Positions 1 through 9,393 of a DNA stretch of 64,000 bases are shown piece after piece. Under the pieces are notes generated by a model that worked only from the letters and a program-made list of their open reading frames with translations, was not told the origin of the DNA and did no database searches. This stretch comes from Spirochaetia bacterium (lineage in GTDB: Bacteria; Spirochaetota; Spirochaetia; SZUA-6; Bin103), in NCBI GenBank assembly GCA_965203515.1, contig OZ241907.1:1-64000 (forward strand), written 5' to 3'. Position numbers and translations under genes: made by a program. The number at the start of each line of letters is the position of its first letter. Position 1 is the first letter of the stretch.

Positions 1-840
1 CAGGACGAAGACAAGCTCTCCGAGATCATCGGCAGGACCGCGGACGCGGATCCGACCTTCCGCGTCCGCTACGACGGCGAGACGCGGGAGACCGTGGTCG
101 CCGCGATCGGCGAGCTGCACTTGGCGGTGGTCCTGGGCCGGATACGCGACGGCCACAAGATCGAGGTAGAGACCGAGCTGCCGCGCGTCGCGTATCGGGA
201 GACGATCAACAAGGCGGCCGCCGCCGAATACCAGCACAAGAAGCAGACCGGCGGACACGGCCAGTACGCCAAGGTCTCCCTGGAGATCAAGCCGTTGCCG
301 CGCGGCGAGCAGTTCCGGTTCGAGAACGGCGTCGTGGGCGGCGCCATCTCGCGCGGCTACATCCCAGGGGTGGAAAAGGGCGTGCTGCAGGCGATGGAGT
401 CCGGCGTCCTTGCCGGCTATCCCGTGGTCGACGTGGAGGCCAAGGTGGTCGACGGCCGGGAGCACTCGGTCGACTCCTCCGAGCTCGCCTTCAAGCTCGC
501 GGCGCGGGAGGCGACCAAGGCGGCGCTGGCGCAAGCCAGGCCGGTGCTGCTGGAACCGGTCTTCGACCTCGTCGTGCTGAGCGAGGACCAGTACCTGGGT
601 GACATCCTCTCCGACCTGAGCTCACGGCGCGGGCGGGTGTTGGGGCAGGAACCGATCGGGACGCTGCAGGAGATACGCGCGCAGGTGCCGCAGGCGGAGA
701 TGCTGCGCTACTCGATCGACATCAAGTCGATGACCTCCGGCACCGCGTCGTTCGAGATGACCTTCAGCCACTACTCGCCGATCACCGGCAAGGTGGCCGA
801 GGACGTGATCGCCCGCGCCAAGCAGGCGGCCGAAGGCTGA
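1..840 (+). CDS. fusA: Elongation factor G family protein (EF-G/EF-G2-like paralog), C-terminal part; 5' truncated by window
   Basis: Frame open from base 1 (QDEDKLSEII...); GELHL, VAYRETI, KKQTGGHGQY, HSVDSSELAFKLA and LLEPV motifs of EF-G domains III-V. Confidence 0.9.
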   Translation, partial: QDEDKLSEIIGRTADADPTFRVRYDGETRETVVAAIGELHLAVVLGRIRDGHKIEVETELPRVAYRETINKAAAAEYQHKKQTGGHGQYAKVSLEIKPLPRGEQFRFENGVVGGAISRGYIPGVEKGVLQAMESGVLAGYPVVDVEAKVVDGREHSVDSSELAFKLAAREATKAALAQARPVLLEPVFDLVVLSEDQYLGDILSDLSSRRGRVLGQEPIGTLQEIRAQVPQAEMLRYSIDIKSMTSGTASFEMTFSHYSPITGKVAEDVIARAKQAAEG

Positions 841-870
841 TCCCGGCGGCGGGCGAGCGGCCCGACCGCA

Positions 871-896
871 GGCCCGGTCCGCTTACGGAACGGGCC
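871..896. terminator. GC-rich hairpin between convergent genes, possible terminator
   Basis: GGCCCG-G-TCCG-CTTA-CGGA-A-CGGGCC stem-loop; no U-tract. Confidence 0.35.
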
Positions 897-901
897 GCCA
901 G

Positions 902-1381
902 CTACAGGAACAGCACGCTGAAGAGCAGGAAGTGGATTACGCCGGCGGCGATGCCGGCCAAGCCCAACGGCGTGCGGTACGGCTTCAGCGCTTCGCCCAG
1001 CTTCACGATGCCGTCATCGCTGCCGGCTGTCGGAGCTGCGGGGATCGCGTCGCTTTCATCGTCTGCGGTGACCGGCTCGGCAGCGCCGCCGCCCAGCCGC
1101 CGCCGATCGCGGTAGCGGTCGATCATGAGCATCGCGCCGAGCAGCATGCCGGCGACTGCCGGCAGGAAGTCGCCCACTATGATCGTCTGACCCGGAGCGC
1201 GGGCGAACAGCTTCACGAATCCCACGGCCGCGGCGATGATGCCTAGCGTACCGGCGGCGCGGCTGCTCCCGGCGAACCGTCGCAACGGCTCCAGGACGGG
1301 GAGCCGTTCTACCAAGTAATCGGCCGCCAACGTGGCGCCGGCGGCAATGGTGGTCAACACCGACAGCAGGTAGATATGCAC
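902..1381 (-). CDS. Hypothetical membrane protein (about 4 TM segments), divergent from rpsT
   Basis: Hydrophobic segments; GTG start at 1381 directly behind a sigma70-like promoter. Confidence 0.7.
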   Translation of the reverse strand: MHIYLLSVLTTIAAGATLAADYLVERLPVLEPLRRFAGSSRAAGTLGIIAAAVGFVKLFARAPGQTIIVGDFLPAVAGMLLGAMLMIDRYRDRRRLGGGAAEPVTADDESDAIPAAPTAGSDDGIVKLGEALKPYRTPLGLAGIAAGVIHFLLFSVLFL

Positions 1382-1387
1382 CTTGAC

Positions 1388-1416
1388 AGAGTAGCGCCGC
1401 GCTCTCGAAACGTCAA
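1388..1416 (-). promoter_or_regulatory. sigma70-type promoter TTGACG-N17-TACTCT, 6 nt before GTG 1381
   Basis: Direct sequence match on minus strand. Confidence 0.65.
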
Positions 1417-1513
1417 CAACCCGCATTGCATCATCGGCCCCGCGCCGTCCGGCGCCGGCACGTTGCAATGCGGGGTCTGTCGCCGCCGTGCGGCCATGCC
1501 AGGTTGGGGCAGC

Positions 1514-1543
1514 TTGACGATCGCTTTCCGGGACTGGTAGCTT
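1514..1543 (+). promoter_or_regulatory. sigma70-type promoter TTGACG-N18-TAGCTT (extended TGn), 8 nt before rpsT ATG
   Basis: Direct sequence match; no SD between promoter and ATG. Confidence 0.6.
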
Positions 1544-1551
1544 CGCTGACG

Positions 1552-1821
1552 ATGCCTGCGAAACTCTCCGCCGCAAAGCGCCAACGGCAGAACGGCACGC
1601 GCCGGTTGCGCAACCGTGCCGTCCGCAGCCGCATGCGTACCGTCATCCGATCGTTCGTCGACTCCCTCGATGGGGAGCAGGCCGAAGCCGTCGAACGGCT
1701 CGGCGAGGCCGTGCGCGCCGTCGACAAGGCCGCCTCCAAGGGGGTCGTGCACCCGCGCACGGCCGCCCGGTACAAACGCCGCCTTGCCGGCCGCCTGCGG
1801 CGTCGCTTCGCGGCCTCGTAG
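1552..1821 (+). CDS. rpsT: 30S ribosomal protein S20
   Basis: SAAKRQRQN..RRLRNRAVRSRMRT..VDKAASKGVVHPRTAARYKRRL signature. Confidence 0.97.
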   Translation: MPAKLSAAKRQRQNGTRRLRNRAVRSRMRTVIRSFVDSLDGEQAEAVERLGEAVRAVDKAASKGVVHPRTAARYKRRLAGRLRRRFAAS

Positions 1822-1850
1822 CGACGTGCAAGGTCGCAAGGAGCGATGCG

Positions 1851-2150
1851 GTGGCGGTTGAGAAACTGACCAAGGCGGAGATCATCGAAAGCATCTATGC
1901 CGAGGTGCCGGTCAGCAAGAAGAACATCCATCGCATCCTCGACCTGTTCTTCGATCAGGTGAAGGACGGCATCATCGGCCACCGGGCGGTGGAGTTGCGC
2001 GGCTTCGGCACCTTCGAGCTGAAGTCCCGCAAGGGCCGGGTCGCGCGTAACCCGCGCACCGGCGAGCGGGTCGACGTGGAGAATCACGGCGTGGCCTCCT
2101 TCCGCCCGGGCCGCGAACTGAAGGAGCGTGCCTGGTCCAGCCAGGTGTGA
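1851..2150 (+). CDS. hup: HU/IHF family DNA-binding protein (spirochaete Hbb-like)
   Basis: VELRGFGTFE..RKGRVARNPRTGE..FRPGRELKERAW; AAGGAG SD. Confidence 0.93.
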   Translation: MAVEKLTKAEIIESIYAEVPVSKKNIHRILDLFFDQVKDGIIGHRAVELRGFGTFELKSRKGRVARNPRTGERVDVENHGVASFRPGRELKERAWSSQV

Positions 2151-3889
2151 CGAAGCCGGCCGTCGGTCCCGGCCGCGGCGGCGTGCGGGCGGCTGGAGCC
2201 GTGCGGGCGGCCGGAGCCGTGCGGGCGGCCGGAGCCGTGCGGGCGGCCGAAGCCGGCCCCGCTCCGCGCCGGATCGCGGTCGAGATCGCGGCGCTGGCGC
2301 TCTCCGCGGCGCTGTTCGCGCTGTCGTTCCCCAGCGTCGCGTCGACCTGGGGGCTCTCTCCGCTCGCCTTCGTCGCCCTGGCTCCGCTGTTCTGGGTGAT
2401 AGGCCGCGCGCCGTGGAGCCGGATCATGGTGTATGGCGCGCTCTACGGGTTCGGCAGCTACGCGCTGTTCAACTACTGGCTCGCCAGCTTCCACCCGCTG
2501 GCGCTGCTGTTCGTGCCGGCCATCTACCTGGGCTACCTGGCGCTGCTGTTCCCGGCGCTGAAGCTGGTCACCGACCGCTTCCCGCGGTATGCGCCGCTCT
2601 GGCAGGCGGTGATCTGGGTCGCCTACGAGTACCTCAAGACGCAGGGGTTTCTGGGCTACCCCTATGGCGTGATCGGCTACACCCAGTACCTGTTCGGCCC
2701 GCTGCTCCGTTCGGCGGCGCTGGCGGGCGTGTGGGGAGTCTCGCTGATCGTGGTCCTGGCCAACGCCTGGCTGGCCGGCATGGCCGGCGCGCTCGGACCG
2801 CCGCGGCGCGGCGCGTGGCGGCGCGCCGTCGAACTGATCCGGCAGCGGCCATTGGCGCCCGCCGTCTGGGCGCTGCTGTTCGCGGGTTCCGTGGTCTACG
2901 GCGCGTCGCTGCCGGTCGACTACGGTGATGCGCCGCGCTGGCGGGTCGCCCTGATTCAGCAGAACATCGATCCGTGGCGGGGCCAGTACGTCGCCTACGA
3001 GCGCTCGCTGGAGGTGTTGCTGCGGCAGAGCCGCCGAGCGCTCGCCGAAGACGATCCCGACGCCGTGATCTGGTCGGAGACCTCGTTCGTACCGGGCATC
3101 GACTGGCATACGCGCTACCGCCAACGCGACCGGGAATCGGTCCGCAAGTACGAGCTGGTCCGGCGGCTCCGCGCGTTTCTCGACGAGCAGACCGTGCCGT
3201 TCGTGGTCGGCAACGACGACGGCCAGAAGCGGAGCGACGGCGACGGCGAACGGATCGACTACAACGCGACGCTCCTGTTCGAGCAGGGCGAAATCGCGCA
3301 GACCTACCGCAAGCTCCACCTGGTGCCGTTCTCCGAGCACTTCCCGGACTGGGGGCCGCGGTTCATCCGCGACCTGCTGCTCCGCTTCGACACCCACTTC
3401 TGGGAGCACGGCGAGGAGCTGACCGTCTTCGACGCCGGCGGCGTGCGCTTTTCGACGCCGATCTGCTTCGAGGACAGCTTCGGCTATCTGAACCGTGACT
3501 TCATCAACGCCGGAGCGCAGGTGATCGTCAACATGACCAACGACGGTTGGTCGAAATCGGTCCCGGCGCAGATGCAGCACATGGCGATGGCGGTGTTTCG
3601 CGCCGCCGAGAACCGCCGGAGCGTGGTGCGCGCGGCCAACAGCGGCATGACCGTCATCATCGAGCCGTCCGGCCGCCTCACCGAGATGCTGGAGCCGTTC
3701 GTCGAAGGGCGCCTGATCGGCGACGTGCCGGTCTTCGATGAGGCCGCGACCCTCTATACCCGCGCCGGCGACTGGCTGGGCGCAGCGCTGACCGCGGCCG
3801 CGTTCGTGCTGATCGCCGGCGCCGCCGGCGGGCGGCTTCTGCGGCGGTCGCGCGGCGAGCGTTTGACAGCGGGCCGCATGACGGGGTGA
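2147..3889 (+). CDS. lnt: Apolipoprotein N-acyltransferase (copy 1)
   Basis: TM N-terminus, QQNID, WSETS, YRKLHLVPFSE, PICFED, TNDGW; E-K-C triad. Confidence 0.95.
   Translation: MTKPAVGPGRGGVRAAGAVRAAGAVRAAGAVRAAEAGPAPRRIAVEIAALALSAALFALSFPSVASTWGLSPLAFVALAPLFWVIGRAPWSRIMVYGALYGFGSYALFNYWLASFHPLALLFVPAIYLGYLALLFPALKLVTDRFPRYAPLWQAVIWVAYEYLKTQGFLGYPYGVIGYTQYLFGPLLRSAALAGVWGVSLIVVLANAWLAGMAGALGPPRRGAWRRAVELIRQRPLAPAVWALLFAGSVVYGASLPVDYGDAPRWRVALIQQNIDPWRGQYVAYERSLEVLLRQSRRALAEDDPDAVIWSETSFVPGIDWHTRYRQRDRESVRKYELVRRLRAFLDEQTVPFVVGNDDGQKRSDGDGERIDYNATLLFEQGEIAQTYRKLHLVPFSEHFPDWGPRFIRDLLLRFDTHFWEHGEELTVFDAGGVRFSTPICFEDSFGYLNRDFINAGAQVIVNMTNDGWSKSVPAQMQHMAMAVFRAAENRRSVVRAANSGMTVIIEPSGRLTEMLEPFVEGRLIGDVPVFDEAATLYTRAGDWLGAALTAAAFVLIAGAAGGRLLRRSRGERLTAGRMTG
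2182..2253 (+). repeat. 4 x 18-bp tandem repeat (CGTGCGGGCGGCYGRAGC) encoding (VRAAGA)n
   Basis: Seen directly at lnt 5' end. Confidence 0.9.
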
Positions 3890-3893
3890 TGAT
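3863..3893 (+). promoter_or_regulatory. Putative promoter TTGACA-N19-GATGAT, 6 nt before GTG 3900
   Basis: Perfect -35; imperfect -10 and long spacer. Confidence 0.45.
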
Positions 3894-3899
3894 CGCTCC

Positions 3900-4622
3900 G
3901 TGACCGGTGACAAGATCCTGATCGTCGACGACGAAGCGACCAACGTCGAGATCTTCGACCTGATGTTGTCGAAGCTCGGCTTCCGCACGGAAACCGCCTC
4001 GGACGGCCGGGAGGCGCTCGACAAGCTGCGCAGCTTCCGGCCCGAGCTGATCCTGCTGGACAACATGATGCCGCGCATGACCGGTTGGGAGGTGACGCGC
4101 AACGTCAAGCACGGCGACGACCTCGCCGATTACCGCGACGTGTCGATCATCATGTTTTCGGCGGCCGACGACGTCGAGGACAAGGTGCAGGGCCTGGAGC
4201 TCGGCGTCGACGACTACATCACCAAACCGTTCAACTTCACGGAGGTGCTGGCGCGCATCCGCGCGGTCCTGCACCGCCGTCATCTGCAGGAGCAGGTGAC
4301 GCGGCGCGAGCATCGGATCGGCGTCATCGAGTCGCTGAACGAGTCGCTGATCTTCTTTTCCCAGCACGTGCGCCGGCCGCTGGAGCGGCAGTTGCTGCTG
4401 GTCGACGAGCTGGCGGCCGACGGCGCCGACCCGCAGCTCGGCAGACTGGCCGGCCGGGTCAAGGATGACGCGCGCGCCATCCTGGCCAAGCTCGACGCGC
4501 TGGAGCAGGAGATCGGCGACCTGCAGCGGCAGGGGGACGAGCTCAAGGCCGGCGATCTGTCCCTCGAAGAGTTGCAACGGCGGCTGGCCGGCATCGCCGC
4601 GGCCGGCGCGGCGGGTCCCTGA
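3900..4622 (+). CDS. Response regulator: receiver domain plus coiled-coil/DHp-like tail, no DNA-binding domain seen
   Basis: ILIVDDE, LILLDNMMP, DDYITKPF; tail FSQHVRRPL resembles an H-box. Confidence 0.85.
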   Translation: MTGDKILIVDDEATNVEIFDLMLSKLGFRTETASDGREALDKLRSFRPELILLDNMMPRMTGWEVTRNVKHGDDLADYRDVSIIMFSAADDVEDKVQGLELGVDDYITKPFNFTEVLARIRAVLHRRHLQEQVTRREHRIGVIESLNESLIFFSQHVRRPLERQLLLVDELAADGADPQLGRLAGRVKDDARAILAKLDALEQEIGDLQRQGDELKAGDLSLEELQRRLAGIAAAGAAGP

Positions 4623-4625
4623 GTC

Positions 4626-5054
4626 GTGCTCAGGCGCAAGCGGGTCGAGCGCGAGCGCTCTGCGGATGAGCCGCTGCCGACCACCCTCGCCCGGGAGACC
4701 CATCTGAAGGGGATCCTGCGGTTCGACAGCGCCCTGCAGATCGACGGCCGGTTCGACGGCGAGATCCACTCGACCGGCCGGCTGCTGGTCGGCGAGAGCG
4801 CGACGGTGCGCGCCAGCATCGAGGTCGGCTCCGCGGTGATCGGCGGCACCGTGCGCGGCGACATCAAGGCGATCGACAGCGTCGAGATGCTGGCTACCGC
4901 GCGCGTGTTCGGCGACGTGGGCACGGCGCGGCTGATCGTGGCGGACGGCGCCGTGTTCGAAGGCGAGCTCGACATGAGCGGCGCCGCGCAGGCCCCCGAC
5001 GTGTCCGCGCCGGCCGCCCGGCCGAGCTTGACACCCGGCCGCGCGAACGAGTAA
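4626..5054 (+). CDS. Bactofilin (polymer-forming cytoskeletal protein)
   Basis: [39 protein letters not shown] beta-helix pattern. Confidence 0.9.
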   Translation: MLRRKRVERERSADEPLPTTLARETHLKGILRFDSALQIDGRFDGEIHSTGRLLVGESATVRASIEVGSAVIGGTVRGDIKAIDSVEMLATARVFGDVGTARLIVADGAVFEGELDMSGAAQAPDVSAPAARPSLTPGRANE

Positions 5055-5172
5055 CTTTCGGCAAGCACTCACTCCTTCCCAGCATCGAGTACGGGGCCGC
5101 AAGAGCGCTTTCAGCATAGGTACCGGGCGGAACGGCCGCGCGCCGATTCCGCCGGGAGCCCCGGGGAGCATC

Positions 5173-6651
5173 ATGCCGGAAAAGAATACGAGCAGACGTT
5201 CACGATCGCGCAAGAAGATCAGGATCGACGTCAAGGACGGCTTCGACGGCGTCGACGGCACGCTGGCTCAACAGGCCGCGGTCGCCCAGGCCGAGCAGGC
5301 GGCGGAGAAACAGGCGCTCGCCAGCGGCAACGGCGGCGTGCATGCCGCCGCCAGGGACGATGGCACGCCGCGCGAGAAGCTCCTGATCAGCGATCTCGCC
5401 CTCAAGGACCTGCCGGACCTGCGGACGCAGGCGGCCGCGACCGGCCTGAATCCGGAGTCCCTGATCGGCATGAAGAAGACGGACGTCATCTTCGCCATCC
5501 TCAAGGAGCACACGCACGCCAAGGGCGGCGTGATCTACGCCCAAGGCGTGCTGGAGATACTGCCGGACGGATACGGCTTTCTGCGGTCGCCCGGCTACAG
5601 CTACCTGCCGGGCCCCGACGACATCTACGTGTCGCCTTCGCAGATTCGGCTCTTCAACCTCAAGACCGGCGACACGGCCTACGGTCAGATTCGCCCGCCC
5701 AAGGACGGCGAACGGTTCTTCGCCATGCTGCGCGTGGAGACGGTCAACGACCATCCGCCGATCGTCGCCCAGAATCGCGTGCCGTTCGACCATCTGACTC
5801 CCCTGTATCCCGACGAGCGTCTCAACCTGGAGACCGCCGACGGCAACCTGGAAACGCGGATGATGAACCTGTTCTGCCCCCTCGGTAAGGGGCAGCGCGG
5901 GCTGATCGTGTCGCCGCCCCGCGCCGGCAAGACCGTGCTGCTGCAGCGGGTCGCCAACGCCATCACGGAGAATCACCCGGAGGTCTTTCTCATCGTGCTG
6001 CTGATCGACGAGCGGCCCGAAGAGGTCACCGACATGCAGCGCAACGTCAAGGGAGAGGTGGTCTCCTCCACGTTCGACGAACAGGCGACGCGGCACGTGC
6101 AGGTGGCGGAGATGGTGATCGAGAAGGCCCGGCGGCTGGTCGAGCACAAGCGCGACGTGGTGATCCTCCTCGACTCGATCACCCGTCTGGCGCGCGCCTA
6201 TAACCAGACCGTGCCTACCTCGGGAAAGATTCTGTCCGGCGGCGTCGACTCGAACGCGCTGCACAAGCCGAAGCGCTTCTTCGGGGCCGCCCGCAACGTG
6301 GAGCACGGCGGCAGCCTGACCATCGTCGCCACCGGCTTGATCGAGACCGGCAGCCGCATGGACGAAGTGATCTTCGAGGAGTTCAAGGGCACCGGCAACA
6401 TGGAGGTGCGCCTGGACCGCAAGATCGCCGACCGCCGCATCTACCCGGCGATCAACATCAAGCAGACCGCCACCCGCAAGGAAGAGCTGCTGCTGAGCGA
6501 TCAGGAACTGGCCAAGCTGTGGATACTGCGCAAGGTGCTCGGCCCCATGGACGAGTTGGAGATCGCCGAGCTGTTGATCGAGAAGATGCGCAAGACCAGG
6601 ACCAACGACGCCTTCCTGCGCTCGATGAACACCTCGGCCGTCAGCGACTGA
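5173..6651 (+). CDS. rho: Transcription termination factor Rho
   Basis: [50 protein letters not shown]. Confidence 0.99.
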   Translation: MPEKNTSRRSRSRKKIRIDVKDGFDGVDGTLAQQAAVAQAEQAAEKQALASGNGGVHAAARDDGTPREKLLISDLALKDLPDLRTQAAATGLNPESLIGMKKTDVIFAILKEHTHAKGGVIYAQGVLEILPDGYGFLRSPGYSYLPGPDDIYVSPSQIRLFNLKTGDTAYGQIRPPKDGERFFAMLRVETVNDHPPIVAQNRVPFDHLTPLYPDERLNLETADGNLETRMMNLFCPLGKGQRGLIVSPPRAGKTVLLQRVANAITENHPEVFLIVLLIDERPEEVTDMQRNVKGEVVSSTFDEQATRHVQVAEMVIEKARRLVEHKRDVVILLDSITRLARAYNQTVPTSGKILSGGVDSNALHKPKRFFGAARNVEHGGSLTIVATGLIETGSRMDEVIFEEFKGTGNMEVRLDRKIADRRIYPAINIKQTATRKEELLLSDQELAKLWILRKVLGPMDELEIAELLIEKMRKTRTNDAFLRSMNTSAVSD

Positions 6652-7487
6652 CCGCCGCGGCGCGGCGGGTGCAGGGTGCAGGGTGCGGCGGAGCGACCGC
6701 GTTCGCGCTCGACCGCGTCACGCTGACCGTCGACGCGGCGCCGATTCTGAACGGCGTGAGCTGGTCGGTGGAGCGGGGGGAGCGCTGGGCGGTCCTGGGT
6801 CCCAACGGCTCCGGCAAGAGTACGCTGCTGCGTCTGCTGGCCGGTCGCGCCCATCCGTCGTCCGGCACCGTCGACCTGCTGGGGCGCCGGGTGGGGCGGG
6901 TCGACCTTGGCTTGCTGCGGCGCGCCATCGCCTGGGTGCACGCCGACCTGCTGGCGTGGATACCGCGCTTTCAGACCGTGTTGGAGACCGTGGTGGCCGG
7001 CATGCGCGGCGTCTTCGTGGTGTACGACCGCATCGCCCGGATCGAGGCCGACCGCGCGGAGGCGGAGTTGCGCGCGACCGGCATGCTGCCCCTGCGCGAC
7101 CGGCGGTTCGTCACGCTGTCGACCGGTGAACGGCAACGCGTCCTCATCGCGCGCGCGTTCGCGGCGCGCCCGGAGCTGGTGCTGCTGGACGAGCCGTGCG
7201 CGGGGCTCGACCCGCGGGCGCGCGAGGAGTTCCTGACCGCGCTGGGCGCGGCCGCCGGCCGGTCGGCCGCCACGGTCGTCTACGTCACGCACAGCATCGA
7301 GGAGCTCGACGGCTCCTATGACGGGGTCATGCTTATGAAGGCCGGCGCCGGCGCCGGCGCCGGCCCGCCGGCGGCTCAGCTTACCGGAGCACGGCTGTCG
7401 GGGCTGTTCGACGTGCCGTGCGCGGTGATCGCCGAAGGCGGCCGCTTCTGGTTGCATGTCGGAGGAGCACGGCGAACAGGGCGATGA
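6648..7487 (+). CDS. ABC transporter ATP-binding protein (ModF/YlmA-like); start CTG 6648 or GTG 6669
   Basis: [29 protein letters not shown]; no permease nearby. Confidence 0.85.
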   Translation: MTAAARRVQGAGCGGATAFALDRVTLTVDAAPILNGVSWSVERGERWAVLGPNGSGKSTLLRLLAGRAHPSSGTVDLLGRRVGRVDLGLLRRAIAWVHADLLAWIPRFQTVLETVVAGMRGVFVVYDRIARIEADRAEAELRATGMLPLRDRRFVTLSTGERQRVLIARAFAARPELVLLDEPCAGLDPRAREEFLTALGAAAGRSAATVVYVTHSIEELDGSYDGVMLMKAGAGAGAGPPAAQLTGARLSGLFDVPCAVIAEGGRFWLHVGGARRTGR

Positions 7488-8988
7488 TCAGGCCGGCCGG
7501 CAGGTAGTCTCCGAAGCGGGTATACGGGGTCGTGGCCGGCGCCGCCGGCAGGCGTAGCGTGACCAGGGCGGCGTCCGTCGTGAACGGCGCCAGCGCCGAA
7601 CCGGGAATCGGCCGGCCGTACACGTCCAGCGCAACGGTGATGCCGCCGTTGGTCGCGCGCAGCAGCGGCCGTGCGGTCTCCACCGCCCGGAAGCGGGCGG
7701 CCACCAGGTGCTGGGTCTCCGCCGACACGGTGCGCGACCAGGAGTCGTTGGTGAGGTTGACCAGCAGCTCCGCGCCGGCGCGGACGAAGCGCCGGTTCAG
7801 GGCGGGGAAGGCGTCCTCGAAGCAGATCGGCGTGGACAGGCGCACGCTGCGGCCGTCGGCCGTAGCGACGGTGAACACGACCGGCCGATTCCCGGCCGTC
7901 CAGCCGCGGCCGATGCCGACCGTCGAACGGTAGAAGCGGCGCATGAAGCCGACCTCCTGGAACGGCACCGCTTCCGCGAACGGCACGAGCTGCTGCTTGG
8001 CGTAGTGGTCGAACCGCTGCGCCTGCGGGCCGATCAGGAAGGCGGCGTTGCTCTGCGTGGTCGGATCGTAGTACGGGGCGCCGGTGAGCAGGTGGGTGTC
8101 CAGGCCGCGCAGGAACGTCGCCAGCGGATCGCCGGCCGGGTTGCTCTGGTAGTAGCCGGCGGTCGGGGGGGCGAGCAGCGCGGTCTCGCTCCAGACGATC
8201 AGGTCGGGGTCGCCCCGGTCGATCGTCCCGCGCGTCAGCCGCATCAGCGTGCGCAGGCTGTCGTCGCGGTCCCGGGCGTCTCCCCCCCACGGATCGCGGT
8301 TGTGCTGGATCAGGGCGACCTGGAACGAGGTCGACGGCCCTGCCGACGGTTCCCGCGCCGCCGGGCCGCCGAGCCGCAGGAACCCGTATCCCAGCGCGCC
8401 GATCGCCAGCGCGGCGACCAGTGCGTAGGCGCGCAACGGCTGCCGGCGCCGCGGACGCTGCATGCCTTCGGCGACCGCGGCGTTGGCCAGCGCCATCAGC
8501 AGCGACAGCCCCCACACGCCGGTGAGCGCCGTGATCTGGATCAGGGGGGTGATCCGGTTTGCCGGGTAGGCGGCCAGCCCCCACGGAAAGCCCAGGAAGC
8601 CGGACGACTTCAGGTATTCGTAGACCGTCCAGGCGGCGGCGACGGCGTACGGGCGCAGCCGCCCGGCGGCAAGGGCCACGCCGCGCAGCACCGGTCCCAG
8701 CAGCGCCCCGAACAGCGCGTAGCCCAGCACGGGGCCGCCCAGTGTCCAGATCGCGTACGCCTGGAAGTAGAGCAGCCAGTAGTACGACAGCGGCGTGGCG
8801 ACCACCATGAACAGCACGGTGGCGGCGGCCGCCTGCGCGTAGCTGCGGCTGCGGTAGATCGACAGGAACAGCGGCGCGAACGCGAACGGCCCGAGCAGCG
8901 GGTTGCCGAGCGGCGCCAGCTCGTTGGGGAGGGCCAGGGGCACGGCGAGGGCGGACACGGCGGCCGGCCCGTACCGGTGGAGCCACAC
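7381..8988 (-). CDS. lnt: Apolipoprotein N-acyltransferase (copy 2); start GTG 8988 or ATG 8997
   Basis: GFLGFPWG, WSETA, YAKQQLVPFAE, PICFED, TNDSW. Confidence 0.93.
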   Translation of the reverse strand: MWLHRYGPAAVSALAVPLALPNELAPLGNPLLGPFAFAPLFLSIYRSRSYAQAAAATVLFMVVATPLSYYWLLYFQAYAIWTLGGPVLGYALFGALLGPVLRGVALAAGRLRPYAVAAAWTVYEYLKSSGFLGFPWGLAAYPANRITPLIQITALTGVWGLSLLMALANAAVAEGMQRPRRRQPLRAYALVAALAIGALGYGFLRLGGPAAREPSAGPSTSFQVALIQHNRDPWGGDARDRDDSLRTLMRLTRGTIDRGDPDLIVWSETALLAPPTAGYYQSNPAGDPLATFLRGLDTHLLTGAPYYDPTTQSNAAFLIGPQAQRFDHYAKQQLVPFAEAVPFQEVGFMRRFYRSTVGIGRGWTAGNRPVVFTVATADGRSVRLSTPICFEDAFPALNRRFVRAGAELLVNLTNDSWSRTVSAETQHLVAARFRAVETARPLLRATNGGITVALDVYGRPIPGSALAPFTTDAALVTLRLPAAPATTPYTRFGDYLPAGLIIALFAVLLRHATRSGRLRRSPRTARRTAPTAVLR

Positions 8989-9033
8989 GCCGGCCATGGT
9001 AACCGGTGATGCGTTCGCGATAGACTGCGGCCG

Positions 9034-9393
9034 ATGTTCGCCGGCCTGCAGCGCAAGTGGGAGGATCTCTGTACGCACTGCGGGCAGTGCTGCTACCGCC
9101 GTGACCGGGTGCAGGGCGAGCTGGTCATCGACCGCGATTCGCCGTGCCGGTTCCTGGACGTCTCCACGCAGCTCTGCACGGTCTACGAGTCGCGGCTATC
9201 GACCTGCTCCAACTGCAAGCGCCTGACCATCTTCCACGCGCTGTTCTCGCCCTACCTGCCGGATGACTGTGGTTACGTGGAAGCGTTCAGGATATGGCGA
9301 AGATCACCCAGCGGCCGTCAGCGTCCCGCAGATGCAGACGCTGCCCGGAGCGAACCACCGGCAGCGCCTCCTGATACCGATCCTCGAAGCTGA
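9034..9393 (+). CDS. YcgN/YkgJ-type cysteine-cluster protein
   Basis: WEDLCTHCGQCC..CRFLD..CTVYESR..C..C..LPDDCGY. Confidence 0.85.
   Translation: MFAGLQRKWEDLCTHCGQCCYRRDRVQGELVIDRDSPCRFLDVSTQLCTVYESRLSTCSNCKRLTIFHALFSPYLPDDCGYVEAFRIWRRSPSGRQRPADADAARSEPPAAPPDTDPRS

Noticed and set aside
2182..2253. Short direct repeats as possible CRISPR array
   Set aside because: Head-to-tail repeats without unique spacers; no cas genes; no CRISPR array seen anywhere in the window
7381..9393. 107-nt convergent 3' overlaps (ABC ATPase/lnt2 at 7381-7487 and ycgN/hypothetical at 9287-9393) as antisense regulation
   Set aside because: Most simply stop-codon drift in high-GC DNA; the overlapping tails are non-conserved-looking; no further evidence
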